DNA of 64,000 nt from an uncultured Gemmatimonadales bacterium (GTDB lineage: Bacteria; Gemmatimonadota; Gemmatimonadetes; Gemmatimonadales; Gemmatimonadaceae), in NCBI GenBank assembly GCA_963850905.1, contig CAWKMU010000003.1, positions 2,304,001-2,368,000 on the forward strand, in the 5' to 3' direction. This document shows, one piece after another, positions 43,944-54,856 of the stretch (the stretch's first letter is position 1; every line of letters starts with the position of its first letter). The notes under the pieces were generated by a model. That model saw nothing but the letters and a program-made list of their open reading frames with translations. It was not told the origin of the DNA and did no database searches. Made by a program: the position numbers and the translations under genes.

Positions 43944-44124
43944 AACGCCTAACTGGCAGCAGTTGCACCCTAGCCAAGGCTTCTAGCGGCGCATACGTTT
44001 CCTGCGCTCTGGCGGCTCCCCATGTGCGCGGCCCACGCCCGCCGGCGCACGAGATGGCCGCAGGACCCCGCCGAGGTGCCCTTCGTGAGAGGTGCGTCTC
44101 GGCCCGACCCGCCAGAGAGGCACA

Positions 44125-45671
44125 ATGCACAGCGTCGCCGCCTTGCCGGACGCCGCAGCATTGCAAAGCGCTGAACGCCACGAGTTCGTTCGGGCGATGA
44201 CGCTGACCGATGCGACGATGCTCGTGGCCGGCTCGATGATCGGCTCGGGGATCTTCATCGTGTCAGCCGACATCGGCCGCACGGTCGGATCGCCGTTCTG
44301 GCTGCTGATCGTCTGGTTGCTCACGGCCTTCATCACCGTGCTGGGCGCCCTCGCGTACGGGGAGCTCGCGGCGATGTTTCCCCGCGCCGGCGGCCAGTAC
44401 GTGTTCCTGCGCGAGTCGCTTGGGGCACTGCCCGGGTTCCTGTACGGGTGGACGTTGTTTCTCGTCATTCAGACCGGGACGATCGCGGCCGTCGCCGTGG
44501 CGGTTGGCAAGTTCCTTGGGGTGTTGATTCCGGCCATCGGTGCGGACCGGTACGCAGCCTTCCCGCATGCAGACATTGTCTTGGAGTCCTCGGCTGCCAC
44601 GCGCCGGCTGATGCCATGCAGCTCGGGCTTTCCCCACAACGCGTTGTTGCGATCGTTACGGTCTGGATCCTGACGTGGGTCAACTTGCGCGGAGTTCGGG
44701 AAGGGAAGATGGTCCAGACCACGATGACGACCATCAAGACCGCGGTACTCGCCTTGCTGGTCATCCTCGGACTCACGATCGGCAGACACGCCGAAGCCAT
44801 CGCGGCGAATTTTAGCGTCGGGACACTTCGTCGGGATCAGCGCGCTGACCCCGGCCTTTGTCCTCGCGTTCGGGGCTGGCCTCGTCGGCTCGCTCTTTTC
44901 GGCGGACGCCTGGAACAACGTGACCTTTGCTGCCGCCGAGGTGCAGAACCCGCGGCGCAACCTGCCGCTCGCGCTGGTCTTCGGCACCGGGGGAGTCACG
45001 CTGCTCTACGTACTGGCCAACGTGGCCTACCTCTGCATGCTCCCATTCCATGGGGATCCGCACGGCACGACGGTCTTGGCCCGCGGCATCCAGTACGCGA
45101 CTGAAGACCGGGTCGGCACCGCCGCGGTGGAAACGATTCTTGGCGGAGCCGGTGCTGCGGTCATGGCGGTCGCGATCATCGATCTCGTCCGTCGGGTGCG
45201 TCAACGGTCTCATTCTCGCCGGCGCGCGCGTGTTGTACGCCATGGCGCGCGACGGGCTCTTCTTCCGGCAGCACGGGCGCCCTCAACGCGCGTCAGGTGC
45301 CAGGCGCCGCGCTCGTCGTACAGGCCATCTGGACCTCGCTCTTGTGCCTCAGCGGGACCTACGGCCAGTTGCTCAACTACGTGATCTTCGCGGTGCTGAT
45401 CTTCTACGTCCTGACGACCATCGGTCTGTTCGTGCTGCGTCGGACGGAGCCGACCGCCGAACGCCCCTATCATGCGGTCGGCTACCCATACCTGCCTGCG
45501 CTCTATATCGTGCTCGCTGCCAGTGTGGCGACTGTCCTGCTGATCGCCGAGAAGACGCGAGCCCAGTCGGTCTCCGGGCTGGTGCTGGTTTTGATTGGCG
45601 TGCCAGTGTTTTATGCTTGGCGTGCACACAGTCGCGATCACAGCGACGCGGCATCTCTCGTCGCGCCGTAG
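44125..45671 (+). CDS. APC family amino acid permease; indels
   Basis: GSMIGSGIF, YGELAAMFPRAGGQYVFL, EVQNPRRNLP, YAMARDG. Confidence 0.9.
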
Positions 45672-45703
45672 TCATCGCTTTCCACGGACCCTCTGACCTC
45701 ACT

Positions 45704-47883
45704 ATGCCCTCTTCGCAGTCTTTGCTCGCTCTGATCATTGCCCTCAGTGTTTTCACGCTCCTGGTCGCGGTGTGGCTCGCGCGATGGGTCCTCGCTCGCG
45801 AGCGCGGCAAGCCCGAGATGCAGCGGATTTCCGACGCCATCCAGCAGGGCGCGGAGGCGTTTCTCGCGCGCCAGTATCGCACGATCGCGGGTCTGGCGAT
45901 CGTCGTGGCCGTCTTGATCTACGTCGGCTACGCCTTCTTCCGTCGTGGAAACGCATCCGACCCGGTGAGCGACCCCAAGACGCTCGCGGCGTACTTTGCC
46001 GTTTCGTTCATCCTGGGCGCCTGAGCTCCGGCATCGCCGGATACGTTGGCATGTGGACGTCGATCCGCGCGAACATCCGCGTGGCGGCCGCGGCGATGTC
46101 GTCGCTCAACGGCGCGATGCAAACGGCGCTTCGTGGGGGTGCGGTTTCCGGCCTTTTCGTCGTCGCGATGTCGCTACTCGGGGTCGGCGGGCTCTTCGCC
46201 CTGCTCGCAGGCTTCGCCCCCGCGGGGGTGAGCTCGAATGAGTGGCTCCCGCGGATTCCCTTCCTGATCGTCGGCTACAGCTTCGGCGCCTCCTTCGTCG
46301 CGCTCTTCGCCCAGCTCGGCGGCGGCATCTACACCAAAGCTGCAGACGTGGGCGCCGATCTCGTCGGGAAGGTCGAGGCGGGCATCCCCGAGGACGATCC
46401 GCGCAATCCAGCCGTTGATCGCGGACCTCGTCGGCGACAACGTCGGAGACTGCGCCGGTCGCGGCGCGGACCTGTTCGAATCCACGGCGGCCGAGAACAT
46501 CGGCGCGATGATTCTTGGGGTGTACGCTCTTTGGTTATTTCGGCGTACCCGGGATCCTGTTTCCCCTGGTCGATCGGGGCGTTCGGCCTGATTGCCTCGA
46601 TCATTGGGGTCATGACGTGTCCGCACGCGCGAAGACGGCGACCCGATGCACGCGTTGAATCGCGGCTTCTACCTCACGGCCGTGCTGGGCCTCATTGGCT
46701 TCGCGATTGCGAGCCGGTGGCTGTTGGGCTCGCCGACACAGCCGGCGCCGGATGCGTGGTGGCACTTCCTGATCTGCGGCGTGATTGGACTCCTGACGTC
46801 GATCGCGTTCCTGCTCATCACGCAGTACTACACCGAATACGCGTACGCTCCGGTGAAGTCGATTGCGGAGGCCAGTCAAACCGGCCCCGCGACCAATATC
46901 ATCAGCGGCATTGCGGTCGGCATGGAGGCGACGGTGCTCCCGGTCCTCACGATTGGCGTCGCGATCGTGGTGAGTTATTACGTCGGTCGGGCGAGTGGCC
47001 TCACGGGCGCCCACGGCGAGTTGATCGGCGGTCTGTACGGCACCGCGATCGCCACCATGGGTATGCTCGAGTACCGCGGGCTACGTCCTGGCGATGGATA
47101 CATTCGGTCCGATCACCGACAACGCCGGCGGCATCATCGAGATGTCCCAGCAGCCGGAGTCGGTGCGCGCGATCACCGATCGGCTCGATGCGGTCGGCAA
47201 TACGACCAAGGCGTTGACCAAGGGGTACGCAATCGGATCGGCGGCACTCGCGGCGTTCCTGTTGTTTTCGGCCTATCTCAACGAGGTGTTCAACTACACC
47301 GGCCAGCACATCGAGGTGAACATCGCACGACCTGAGCTGTTCGTGGCCGGCTTGCTCGGCGCGATGCTGGTCTTCTGGTTCACCTCGCTCGCCATCAAGG
47401 CGGTTGGCCGTGCAGCCTTTTCCGTGATCAACGAGGTCCGGCGCCAGTTCAAGGAAAAGCCCGGTATCATGAAGGGCACCGACGCACCGGACTACGGCCG
47501 CTGCGTCGACATCGTGACGATCGGTGCCTTGAAGGAAATGGTGGCCCCTGGCGCGTTGGTGGTTGGCATGCCGATCGTCGTCGGGCTTGTGTTCCGGTAT
47601 CTGCGGGCTCGGTGCCGAAGCGGTCGCCGCCTTCCTCATGGTCGCGACGATCACCGGGATTCTCATGGCGATCTTTCTCAACACCGGCGGCGGTGCCTGG
47701 GATAACGCCAAGAAGTACATCGAGACCGGCGTGTATGGTGGCAAGCGCTCGGAGACGCACAAGGCGAGCGTGGTTGGCGACACCGTCGGCGATCCATTCA
47801 AGGACACCGCCGGTCCGTCGCTGCACGTTCTGATCAAGCTGTTGAGCACGATCACGCTCGTGCTGGCGCCGCTCTTCATCTAG
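45704..47883 (+). CDS. hppA: Membrane-bound pyrophosphatase, K+-independent (H+-translocating) type; indels
   Basis: [57 protein letters not shown] (Lys marks K+-independent enzymes), [15 protein letters not shown]. Confidence 0.93.
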
Positions 47884-47928
47884 GGCGACGCGAGCGATGG
47901 CGAAACCACACGACGGGGTGGGTGCAGG

Positions 47929-49516
47929 TTGACTGCTGTCTCGGGACCTCCGACAACTCGGCACTCATTGGCTGCGCAGCTGCGAAGCTGCAAATCCATC
48001 GACAAGCTGATCGCCGAATCGCAGACTCCCGAGCACCGGCTTCGGAAAAGCCTCGGCCCGTGGTCTCTGACCGCGCTGGGCATCGGCGCCGTCATCGGCT
48101 CCGGCATCTTCGTCCTCACTGGTACCGCGGCGGCCGGCGAGTACTTCAAGGCCCCATCGATCCTGCACGCGCAGGTGCTCGATATCGTCGTGAACTTCCT
48201 GCGGGGCGGCGGCGCGGCCCAGGTCCTCATGCATGGCCGGCCCGCGGCCGGCCCGTCGATCGCGATATCGTTCTTTCTCGTTGCCGTCGCCTGCAGCTTT
48301 GCCGGGTTGTGCTACGCCGAGCTCGCGTCGATGATCCCCATTGCCGGCAGCGCGTACACGTATTCCTACGCGACGCTCGGTGAGATCTGGGCCTGGATCA
48401 TTGGGTGGGATCTCATCCTCGAATACGTCGTGAGCAACGTTGTCGTCGCGATCAGCTTCAGCGCCTATACCAAGGCGCAGCTAGCGGCCTTCCACATCAA
48501 TCTTCCCGATCGCTGGTCCACTCCCGTCTGGGAGGCGGGGCACTTCACTGGGTCGATTTTCAATTTCCCGGCGTTCCTCATCGTTTTCCTTCTGACCGTG
48601 CTCCTGGTACGCGGCATCCGAGAGTCGGCCGAGGCGAACAACGTCATAGTGGCGATCAAGATCGGGGCGATCTTGGTCTTCCTTGTTGTCGGCGGTGCGC
48701 TCGTCAACCCAACGAACTGGCATCCCTTCGCCCCGAACGGATTTGGGGGCATTGTCACCGGTGGCGCGATAGTTTTCTTCACGTACATCGGATTCGATTC
48801 GGTATCCACGGCAGGCGAAGAGTCGCGCAACCCGCAGCGTGACCTGCCGTTCGGCATCATCGCGTCACTGATCGTGTGTACCGTCCTGTACGTGGGCGTC
48901 TCGGTCGTGCTGCTCGGCATGATGAAGTACACGACGTTCGTGTCGGGCGAGGCGGCCGACGCCCCGGTGGCCTACGCCCTGGCGGCGCTTGGGGCCAGTC
49001 GGTGGTCGCGGTCGATCATCGTGATCGGCGCGCTCATGGGCATGATCTCGTCGATCCTCGTCTTTCAGTACGGTCAGGCTCGCATCTCGGTATGCGATGT
49101 CGCGCGATGGGCTCTTCCCCAAGTTGTTTTCCGCCGTCCATCCGAAGTTCCAGACGCCCCACTGGTCGACGTGGGTGGCCGGACTCGCCGTCGGGCTCCC
49201 CGCCGGCATTTTCGCCGTCAGCGACGCCGCGGATCTCTCCAACATCGGCACCCTCTTCGCGTTCGTCCTGGTCTCACTCGGCGTGATTGTGCTGCGCCGG
49301 ACGCAACCCGACCGCCGCCGAGCATTCAAGGTGCCGCTGGTCCCCCTATTCCCGATCATCTCCATCGTGCTCTGCGGCGGGCTCATGACCGGCCTGACGG
49401 TGATCACATGGATCCGCTTCGTCGTCTGGCTGATCCTGGGACTGCTGATCTACTTCTTCTATAGCAGACATCGCAGCGAGTTTGCCCAAAGCAAGACGCT
49501 AGACGCTGGACGCTAG
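47929..49516 (+). CDS. APC family amino acid permease (cationic amino acid transporter-like); one indel near 49090
   Basis: GIGAVIGSGIF, CYAELASMIPIAGSAYTY, FFTYIGFD, EESRNPQRDLP, NIGTLFAF. Confidence 0.92.
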
Positions 49517-49531
49517 AGTAAAACAAACCTC

Positions 49532-49567
49532 GAGGGCCAGCCACGGCGCGTCGTGACTGGCCCTCTC
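49532..49567. terminator. GC-rich hairpin after the permease, likely terminator; related copy at about 52378-52412
   Basis: GAGGGCCAGCCACG...CGTGACTGGCCCTC followed by TCTGTTT. Confidence 0.55.
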
Positions 49568-49591
49568 TGTTTCCGTCGCTCCCCAGAAAGC

Positions 49592-49729
49592 GGGCGGCAT
49601 GAATGCTGCCTCTACATGTCGGCCCGGTCGGCGCTGGATCCGAATTCGTCGACTGGCTCCGCTAACGCCGGGGCGCGCTCCGCAATCTCATGTCACCACC
49701 GACATGTAGGGGCGGCCTTCAGGCCGCCC
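49592..49729. repeat. Second REPIN-like doublet of REP family A
   Basis: 49698-49729 is the exact reverse complement of 7385-7416; degenerate inverted partner at 49592-49622. Confidence 0.8.
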
Positions 49730-49765
49730 ACATGCCGATGTAACGCCGCCCGCACCGTTGTTTGA

Positions 49766-50737
49766 TTATGGCCCCGTCGGCGCCACCTGGTGCACGTGTG
49801 CATGGCCGCCGGGTTTGATGCCCGCAGTTCGCAACGCCATCCGAACCGCGCCGCGCACCGGATCGATCTCGCGTGGGTCGAGTTGGGCGCCAGGCACGGC
49901 AGACTTGAGCCGGTGCTCGAGACGCGTCCGAAGCGGGGAGCGGCGCGCCAGTAGCCCACCCGCCAGCGCCACGGGCGCACTCGCCCGCTCGTCCGTGAAG
50001 AGCCGGCGTGCCAGCGCTACGACGTGCAGCACCAGCTCCTCCGTTGCGAAGCTCGCGATCGCGACCGCCCGAGCATCGCCGCTGTCGGCGCATTGCAGGA
50101 CTGCAGGGGCCAGCGAGGCCAGATCGGCCGGCGTCGCGCTGGCGGCCCATCCGATCAGGTCTTCGACAGACGACACCTCGGCCGCCGTCACCACCACGCC
50201 TGTGAGCGCCGTCTCGGGCTCACGCCCGTCCGCCGCCGCCGTGACGACGCTGAGCGCGCGTCTCCCGATCCACGCTCCGCTACCCTCGTCCCCGCAGACC
50301 GGGCCCCAGCCACCACAGCGCGCGACAGTGCCGGTGGGTCCACGACCGTAGGCTATCGATCCCGTGCCCGCAATGAGCAGAATGCCGGCGCTGTCGCCAA
50401 AGGCGTCCTCCAGTGCGACGACTGCATCGGGCTGTACCACGACCTCGTCAGCCAGCCCACGTGCGACCAGCGCACGCTCGAGCGCGTGACGCTCGGGCTC
50501 GCGGCCCACACCGGCCACGCCGACGGAGAGTACGGTCGGTGCAGTGCCGCCATGCTGCTCGGCAGCGGCGAGCGCGTCCGCCACCACGGTCGCGATCGCA
50601 GCCGCTGACCGCTCGACATCGCCAGGTCGGACGGCGCTCGGCCCGCCTTCCGCCGTCCCGACTGTCGTGCCGGTTTCATCCGCGACGACCGCCCGAGTCC
50701 GCGATCCTCCGCCGTCGACACCCACGACGATGCGCAT
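49766..50737 (-). CDS. BadF/BadG/BcrA/BcrD-type amino-sugar kinase (GlcNAc/MurNAc kinase-like)
   Basis: GVDGGGSRT, IAGTGS, GGWGPVCGDEGSG; translationally coupled (TGATG) to the upstream SSS gene. Confidence 0.85.
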   Translation of the reverse strand: MRIVVGVDGGGSRTRAVVADETGTTVGTAEGGPSAVRPGDVERSAAAIATVVADALAAAEQHGGTAPTVLSVGVAGVGREPERHALERALVARGLADEVVVQPDAVVALEDAFGDSAGILLIAGTGSIAYGRGPTGTVARCGGWGPVCGDEGSGAWIGRRALSVVTAAADGREPETALTGVVVTAAEVSSVEDLIGWAASATPADLASLAPAVLQCADSGDARAVAIASFATEELVLHVVALARRLFTDERASAPVALAGGLLARRSPLRTRLEHRLKSAVPGAQLDPREIDPVRGAVRMALRTAGIKPGGHAHVHQVAPTGP

Positions 50738-52275
50738 CACGCGATTGCTCCACGAGTCGCGGCCGTCGCACGCTCTGGCGCCGGGTGTGTGAGCGACGAC
50801 AATACGCCTGCCGCCAGTGTGATCGACGTGCCGATCAGCACATACCACGGCCACGTGATCCGAGCCAATGGCGCCAACGCGGACGCGGTGGCTGGAATAG
50901 CGGCGGCGATCTGCCGTGCGAACACCACGAGCGACATGGCGCCGATGCCGACCGCCATCCCCGTGATCGCATCGCGCTGGGCGGCTCGCGGCCACCAGAG
51001 GCCCAGGAAAAATCCCCCAAGCAAGCCGCCATAGGTGAAGGATGCGATCGCAAGCGCGATGGCCACGACGGGCGTGCCCTGCTGTCGGTACAGCAGCGCG
51101 CCCGCGGTCAGCACCACGCCCCAACAGAGCGTGAAGAGTCGACCCGCGCGAAACGCCGCCGGGGAGTCGGGTGTCTGGCGAGTCAATGGGAGATACAGGT
51201 CATGGGTAGTGGCCGCGGCGAGCGAGTTGATCGCGCCTGAATGCGTGCTCATGGTGGTCGCGAGCACGGCTGCGACAATGAGCCCAACGAGTCCCGTTGG
51301 CATGCGGTTGAGAATGAATGTCGGAAAGATCTCATCGGGTGTGGCGAATGGTCGTCCCTGGTAGTATGCGAACAAGCCGACGCCGATGAGCAGGAATACG
51401 GCGAACTGCACAAACACGGCGATGCCGCTCCCGATCAGTGCGCGTCTCGCGTCTCGGAGGTTGGCTGCCGCCAGCAGGCGCTGCACGATCAGCTGGTCCG
51501 CCCCGTGCGAAGCCATTGCCAGGAATGCACCGCCAATCACGCCGGCCCAGAGCGTATACGGCCGATCGACGGTGAACGCCGGGTCGATGACACGCAGCTT
51601 GCCCACCGATGCCGCGTGGTGGAGAATCGTCGGCCAACCACCCGTCACGCTGTCGCCGAGGAGGACGACCGCCGCGGTCGCGCCGATGAGATAGACTCCA
51701 GTCTGCAGGACGTCCGTCCACACGACGGCCCGCATGCCCCCATGATAGGTGTAGATGACGGTCAGCACGCCAAGGACGCAGATGGCCACAGGTTTGACGT
51801 ATTCTGGCGCGACAGCCGATCGCAGGATGAGGCCAATGGGAATGGCTGTGGCGAACACGCGCACCGAATCTGCGAGCGCGCGCGTGACCATGAACACTAC
51901 GGACGCGAACCGTCGAGTACTGACGCCGAACCGCCGCTCGAGCAGCGCGTAGGCGGTGACGAGCTCCCCCTCGAAATAGCGAGGGAGGAGCGTGAAAGCG
52001 ACCACGATGCGTCCGAGGATGTATCCCGCCGCGACCTGCAGAAAAGTGAAATCTCCCAGGTACGCCAGGCTGGGAATACTGATGAACGTGATCGCACTGG
52101 TCTCGGTCGCCACCACCGAGACGAGGATGGCCCACCATGGGATCTCGCGGTCGGCGATGAAGTAGTCGCGGGCGTCGCGTTGCGAGCGGCCGAGCCGGAT
52201 GCCAAGCGCAGTCGTGCCGGCGAGATAAAGAACGACGATGACAGCGTCGAGCGGGTGAAAGACTGGTGGGTTCAC
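50737..52275 (-). CDS. Sodium:solute symporter family protein
   Basis: SVVATETSAITFISIP, GGMRAVVWTD, SHGADQLIVQRLL. Confidence 0.9.
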   Translation of the reverse strand: MNPPVFHPLDAVIVVLYLAGTTALGIRLGRSQRDARDYFIADREIPWWAILVSVVATETSAITFISIPSLAYLGDFTFLQVAAGYILGRIVVAFTLLPRYFEGELVTAYALLERRFGVSTRRFASVVFMVTRALADSVRVFATAIPIGLILRSAVAPEYVKPVAICVLGVLTVIYTYHGGMRAVVWTDVLQTGVYLIGATAAVVLLGDSVTGGWPTILHHAASVGKLRVIDPAFTVDRPYTLWAGVIGGAFLAMASHGADQLIVQRLLAAANLRDARRALIGSGIAVFVQFAVFLLIGVGLFAYYQGRPFATPDEIFPTFILNRMPTGLVGLIVAAVLATTMSTHSGAINSLAAATTHDLYLPLTRQTPDSPAAFRAGRLFTLCWGVVLTAGALLYRQQGTPVVAIALAIASFTYGGLLGGFFLGLWWPRAAQRDAITGMAVGIGAMSLVVFARQIAAAIPATASALAPLARITWPWYVLIGTSITLAAGVLSSLTHPAPERATAATRGAIA

Positions 52276-52468
52276 GCGCGGGGAAAATGGGGTGGGCGCG
52301 GCGATCGGAGAAGGGTGAATTGCAGAACGGCGGGCCGGGGCCTGCGCGATCGAGGCAGGAGACGACCAGAAACGAGCAAGGGCCAATCACAGTCGCTGCG
52401 ACTGGCCCTCTCGTTCTCTTTCCCCGACGCCCGTGACGCCGCCGGACCCCTGACCCGCCGTTTAGGAC

Positions 52469-52864
52469 CTACGCAGAGAACGAACTCCCGCACCCACACC
52501 CACCAGTCGCACTCGGATTCTTGAACGTGAATCCGGATCCCTGCATGGATGAGACGTAGTCGATCGTGACGCCCTGGACGTACTGGGCCGAGAATGGGTC
52601 GACGAACACTTTGAAATCGCCCTGGTCGACGATGACGTCGTCCTCGGCGCTCTGATCTTCAATGAGCAAGCCGTATTTGAACCCGCTGCACCCGCCGGGC
52701 TGCACGCTCACGCGGAGCCCGCCAGTCTCGGGCGAGACACCCTCGGCCGCCATGAACCGCTGGACCTCGGTCTTCGCCACGGGCGTCAGCGTCAGCACGG
52801 CCGACTGCGTCTCGGGCACTGTCTGCGGCGTGGTCGGCGCGGTCGCCTGTTGGGTCGTGGCCAT
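52469..52864 (-). CDS. A-type Fe-S carrier (HesB/IscA/ErpA family)
   Basis: GGCSGFKY and C-terminal GGCGCGSSF; AGGAGG RBS. Confidence 0.93.
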   Translation of the reverse strand: MATTQQATAPTTPQTVPETQSAVLTLTPVAKTEVQRFMAAEGVSPETGGLRVSVQPGGCSGFKYGLLIEDQSAEDDVIVDQGDFKVFVDPFSAQYVQGVTIDYVSSMQGSGFTFKNPSATGGCGCGSSFSA

Positions 52865-52949
52865 CAAATCCTCCTGGAAGTCTCTGTAAACTATCGTGTT
52901 ACTAACGTGCAATCAACCGAAAAGGTTCCGGGTCACGGGCGCCGGGCCG

Positions 52950-54782
52950 TCAATTGCCGGCCGCCTGCGGGACGGCGTGGCCCTCGCGGGGAGGCTGCGT
53001 TTCGCTGACAAGTGGCTGGGTCTCGGCGGCGAGCGACCGCGCGATCCACACAAACGCGGCGACCGCTGCCGCAAGGAGCGCGATTCCGACCTCCGGCGGG
53101 CCAAAGATCAGCTTGCCGATGCCGAAAAGGGCCGAATAGACGGCCGCAACCCCGGCCACCCAATTCGCCCAGGCACGGCCGCCGCCTGCCAGTGGCTCTG
53201 CTCCATAGCCCGTGCGAATGGCGACGTGCCGCCACCCCGGCCCGCCGGGCCGAACCCGACGATAGAACGCATCGAGCACGGCATCGCTCTCCGCCGGCGT
53301 CGCCCAGGTCGCGGCCAACCACGCGATCGTCGTCACCGCCACGGTAACCACCATGATGACGGCGTTCGCATTCGGATCGCCTGGCGCGAAGTGGTGCGGC
53401 ACGACCGACAGCAGGATGAGGGACGTGCAAAACGACACGACCATCGCGCTCAATTCGGACCACGCGTTCACGCGCCACCAATACCAGCGGAGGATGTACA
53501 CGAGGCCCGCGCCCGCGCCGAGCGAGATCAAGAGATTGAACGCCTGTTCCATCGTCTTGATCTGCCACGTCACGAGGATCGATCCCAGGAAGAGCAGGAT
53601 CGTGGCGGCCCGCGAGACGGCGACATAGTGTCGCTCTGTCTCGTGACGCCGCACGAATCGCTTGTAGAAATCATTGACCAGGTACGACGCCCCCCAGTTC
53701 AGCTGCGTGCCGATCGTGGACATGTACGCGGCGGCGAAACCTGCGAGCATGAATCCGCGCCATGGGGTGGGGAGGAGGTCGACGAACGCGTGCACATAGC
53801 CCGACTCCTTGTCCTGCAGCGTCGGATAGAGGATCACGGTTGCCAGGCCCGTCACGATCCACGGCCACGGGCGCAGCGCGTAATGGGCGATCTGGAAGGA
53901 CAGGGTGGCCAATACGCCATCACGCTCGGACCGCGCCGCGAAGATCCGCTGGGCCACGTAGCCGCCGCCTCCGGGCTCCGCGCCGGGATACCAGGCTGCC
54001 CACCACTGCACGAACAGAAAGACGCCGAGTGAAAGCACGGGCATCCACGCGTAGGCCGTGATGCCGTGGGCGCCGCCGAATCGGATCGGCATGACCGAGA
54101 GCGCAGCCGTCTCGGACCCGAAATGCAGCGCAAGCTGGCGCTTCATGGCGTCGATCCCGCCGACCGCTCGCACGGAGAAGACCGCGAGGACGACGACCGC
54201 GGTCATCTTGATCACGAACTGGATGAGGTCCGTCCAGAGCACCGCCCACAGGCCCGCGGCCACTGAGTAGCACGCGGTGACGACGAAGCAGATCCCCACG
54301 GCGACGATCGGCGAGATGCCGAGGGAGATCGTGAGAATCTTGATCATCGCGCGCGTGACCCACCCGATGATCACGAGGTTGATCGGAATGGCGAGATAGA
54401 TCGCGCGGAATCCGCGGAGGAAAGCGGCTGGACGGCCGCCATACCGGATCTCCGAGAATTCGACATCGGTCATGACGTTGGCGCGCCGCCAGAGGCGGGC
54501 GAAGAAGAACACGGTGAGCATCCCGCTCATCACGTAGTTCCACCACAGCCAGTTCCCTGCGACCCCCTTGGTGGCGACGAGGCCGGTGACGAGCAACGGC
54601 GTGTCCGCTGCAAAGGTCGTGGCGACCATCGAAGCCCCAGCGAGCCACCAGGGCGCCGCGCGGCCGGAGATGAAATACTCGCTGAGGCTCTCCCCGCCGC
54701 GCTTCGTGAAATACAGCCCGATGACCGTCGACAACGCGAAGTAGCTGGCGACGATCGCCCAGTCGATCAATGTTAGGTTCAT
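52950..54782 (-). CDS. Sodium:solute symporter family protein
   Basis: SMVATTFAADTPL, GLWAVLWTD, GAEPGGGGYVAQR, AAYMSTIGTQLNWGASYLVND. Confidence 0.9.
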   Translation of the reverse strand: MNLTLIDWAIVASYFALSTVIGLYFTKRGGESLSEYFISGRAAPWWLAGASMVATTFAADTPLLVTGLVATKGVAGNWLWWNYVMSGMLTVFFFARLWRRANVMTDVEFSEIRYGGRPAAFLRGFRAIYLAIPINLVIIGWVTRAMIKILTISLGISPIVAVGICFVVTACYSVAAGLWAVLWTDLIQFVIKMTAVVVLAVFSVRAVGGIDAMKRQLALHFGSETAALSVMPIRFGGAHGITAYAWMPVLSLGVFLFVQWWAAWYPGAEPGGGGYVAQRIFAARSERDGVLATLSFQIAHYALRPWPWIVTGLATVILYPTLQDKESGYVHAFVDLLPTPWRGFMLAGFAAAYMSTIGTQLNWGASYLVNDFYKRFVRRHETERHYVAVSRAATILLFLGSILVTWQIKTMEQAFNLLISLGAGAGLVYILRWYWWRVNAWSELSAMVVSFCTSLILLSVVPHHFAPGDPNANAVIMVVTVAVTTIAWLAATWATPAESDAVLDAFYRRVRPGGPGWRHVAIRTGYGAEPLAGGGRAWANWVAGVAAVYSALFGIGKLIFGPPEVGIALLAAAVAAFVWIARSLAAETQPLVSETQPPREGHAVPQAAGN

Positions 54783-54856
54783 CTCTACTACGACGAGGGT
54801 CTCGTGAAGCTGAAACGCGACGTGCCGCCAGGCCGGGCCGATCCGGCGAGGTCCAG

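Noticed and set aside
43954..43968. Possible sigma54 promoter TGGCAGCAGTTGC upstream of the permease
   Set aside because: GG-to-GC spacing is 8 nt, not the required 10.
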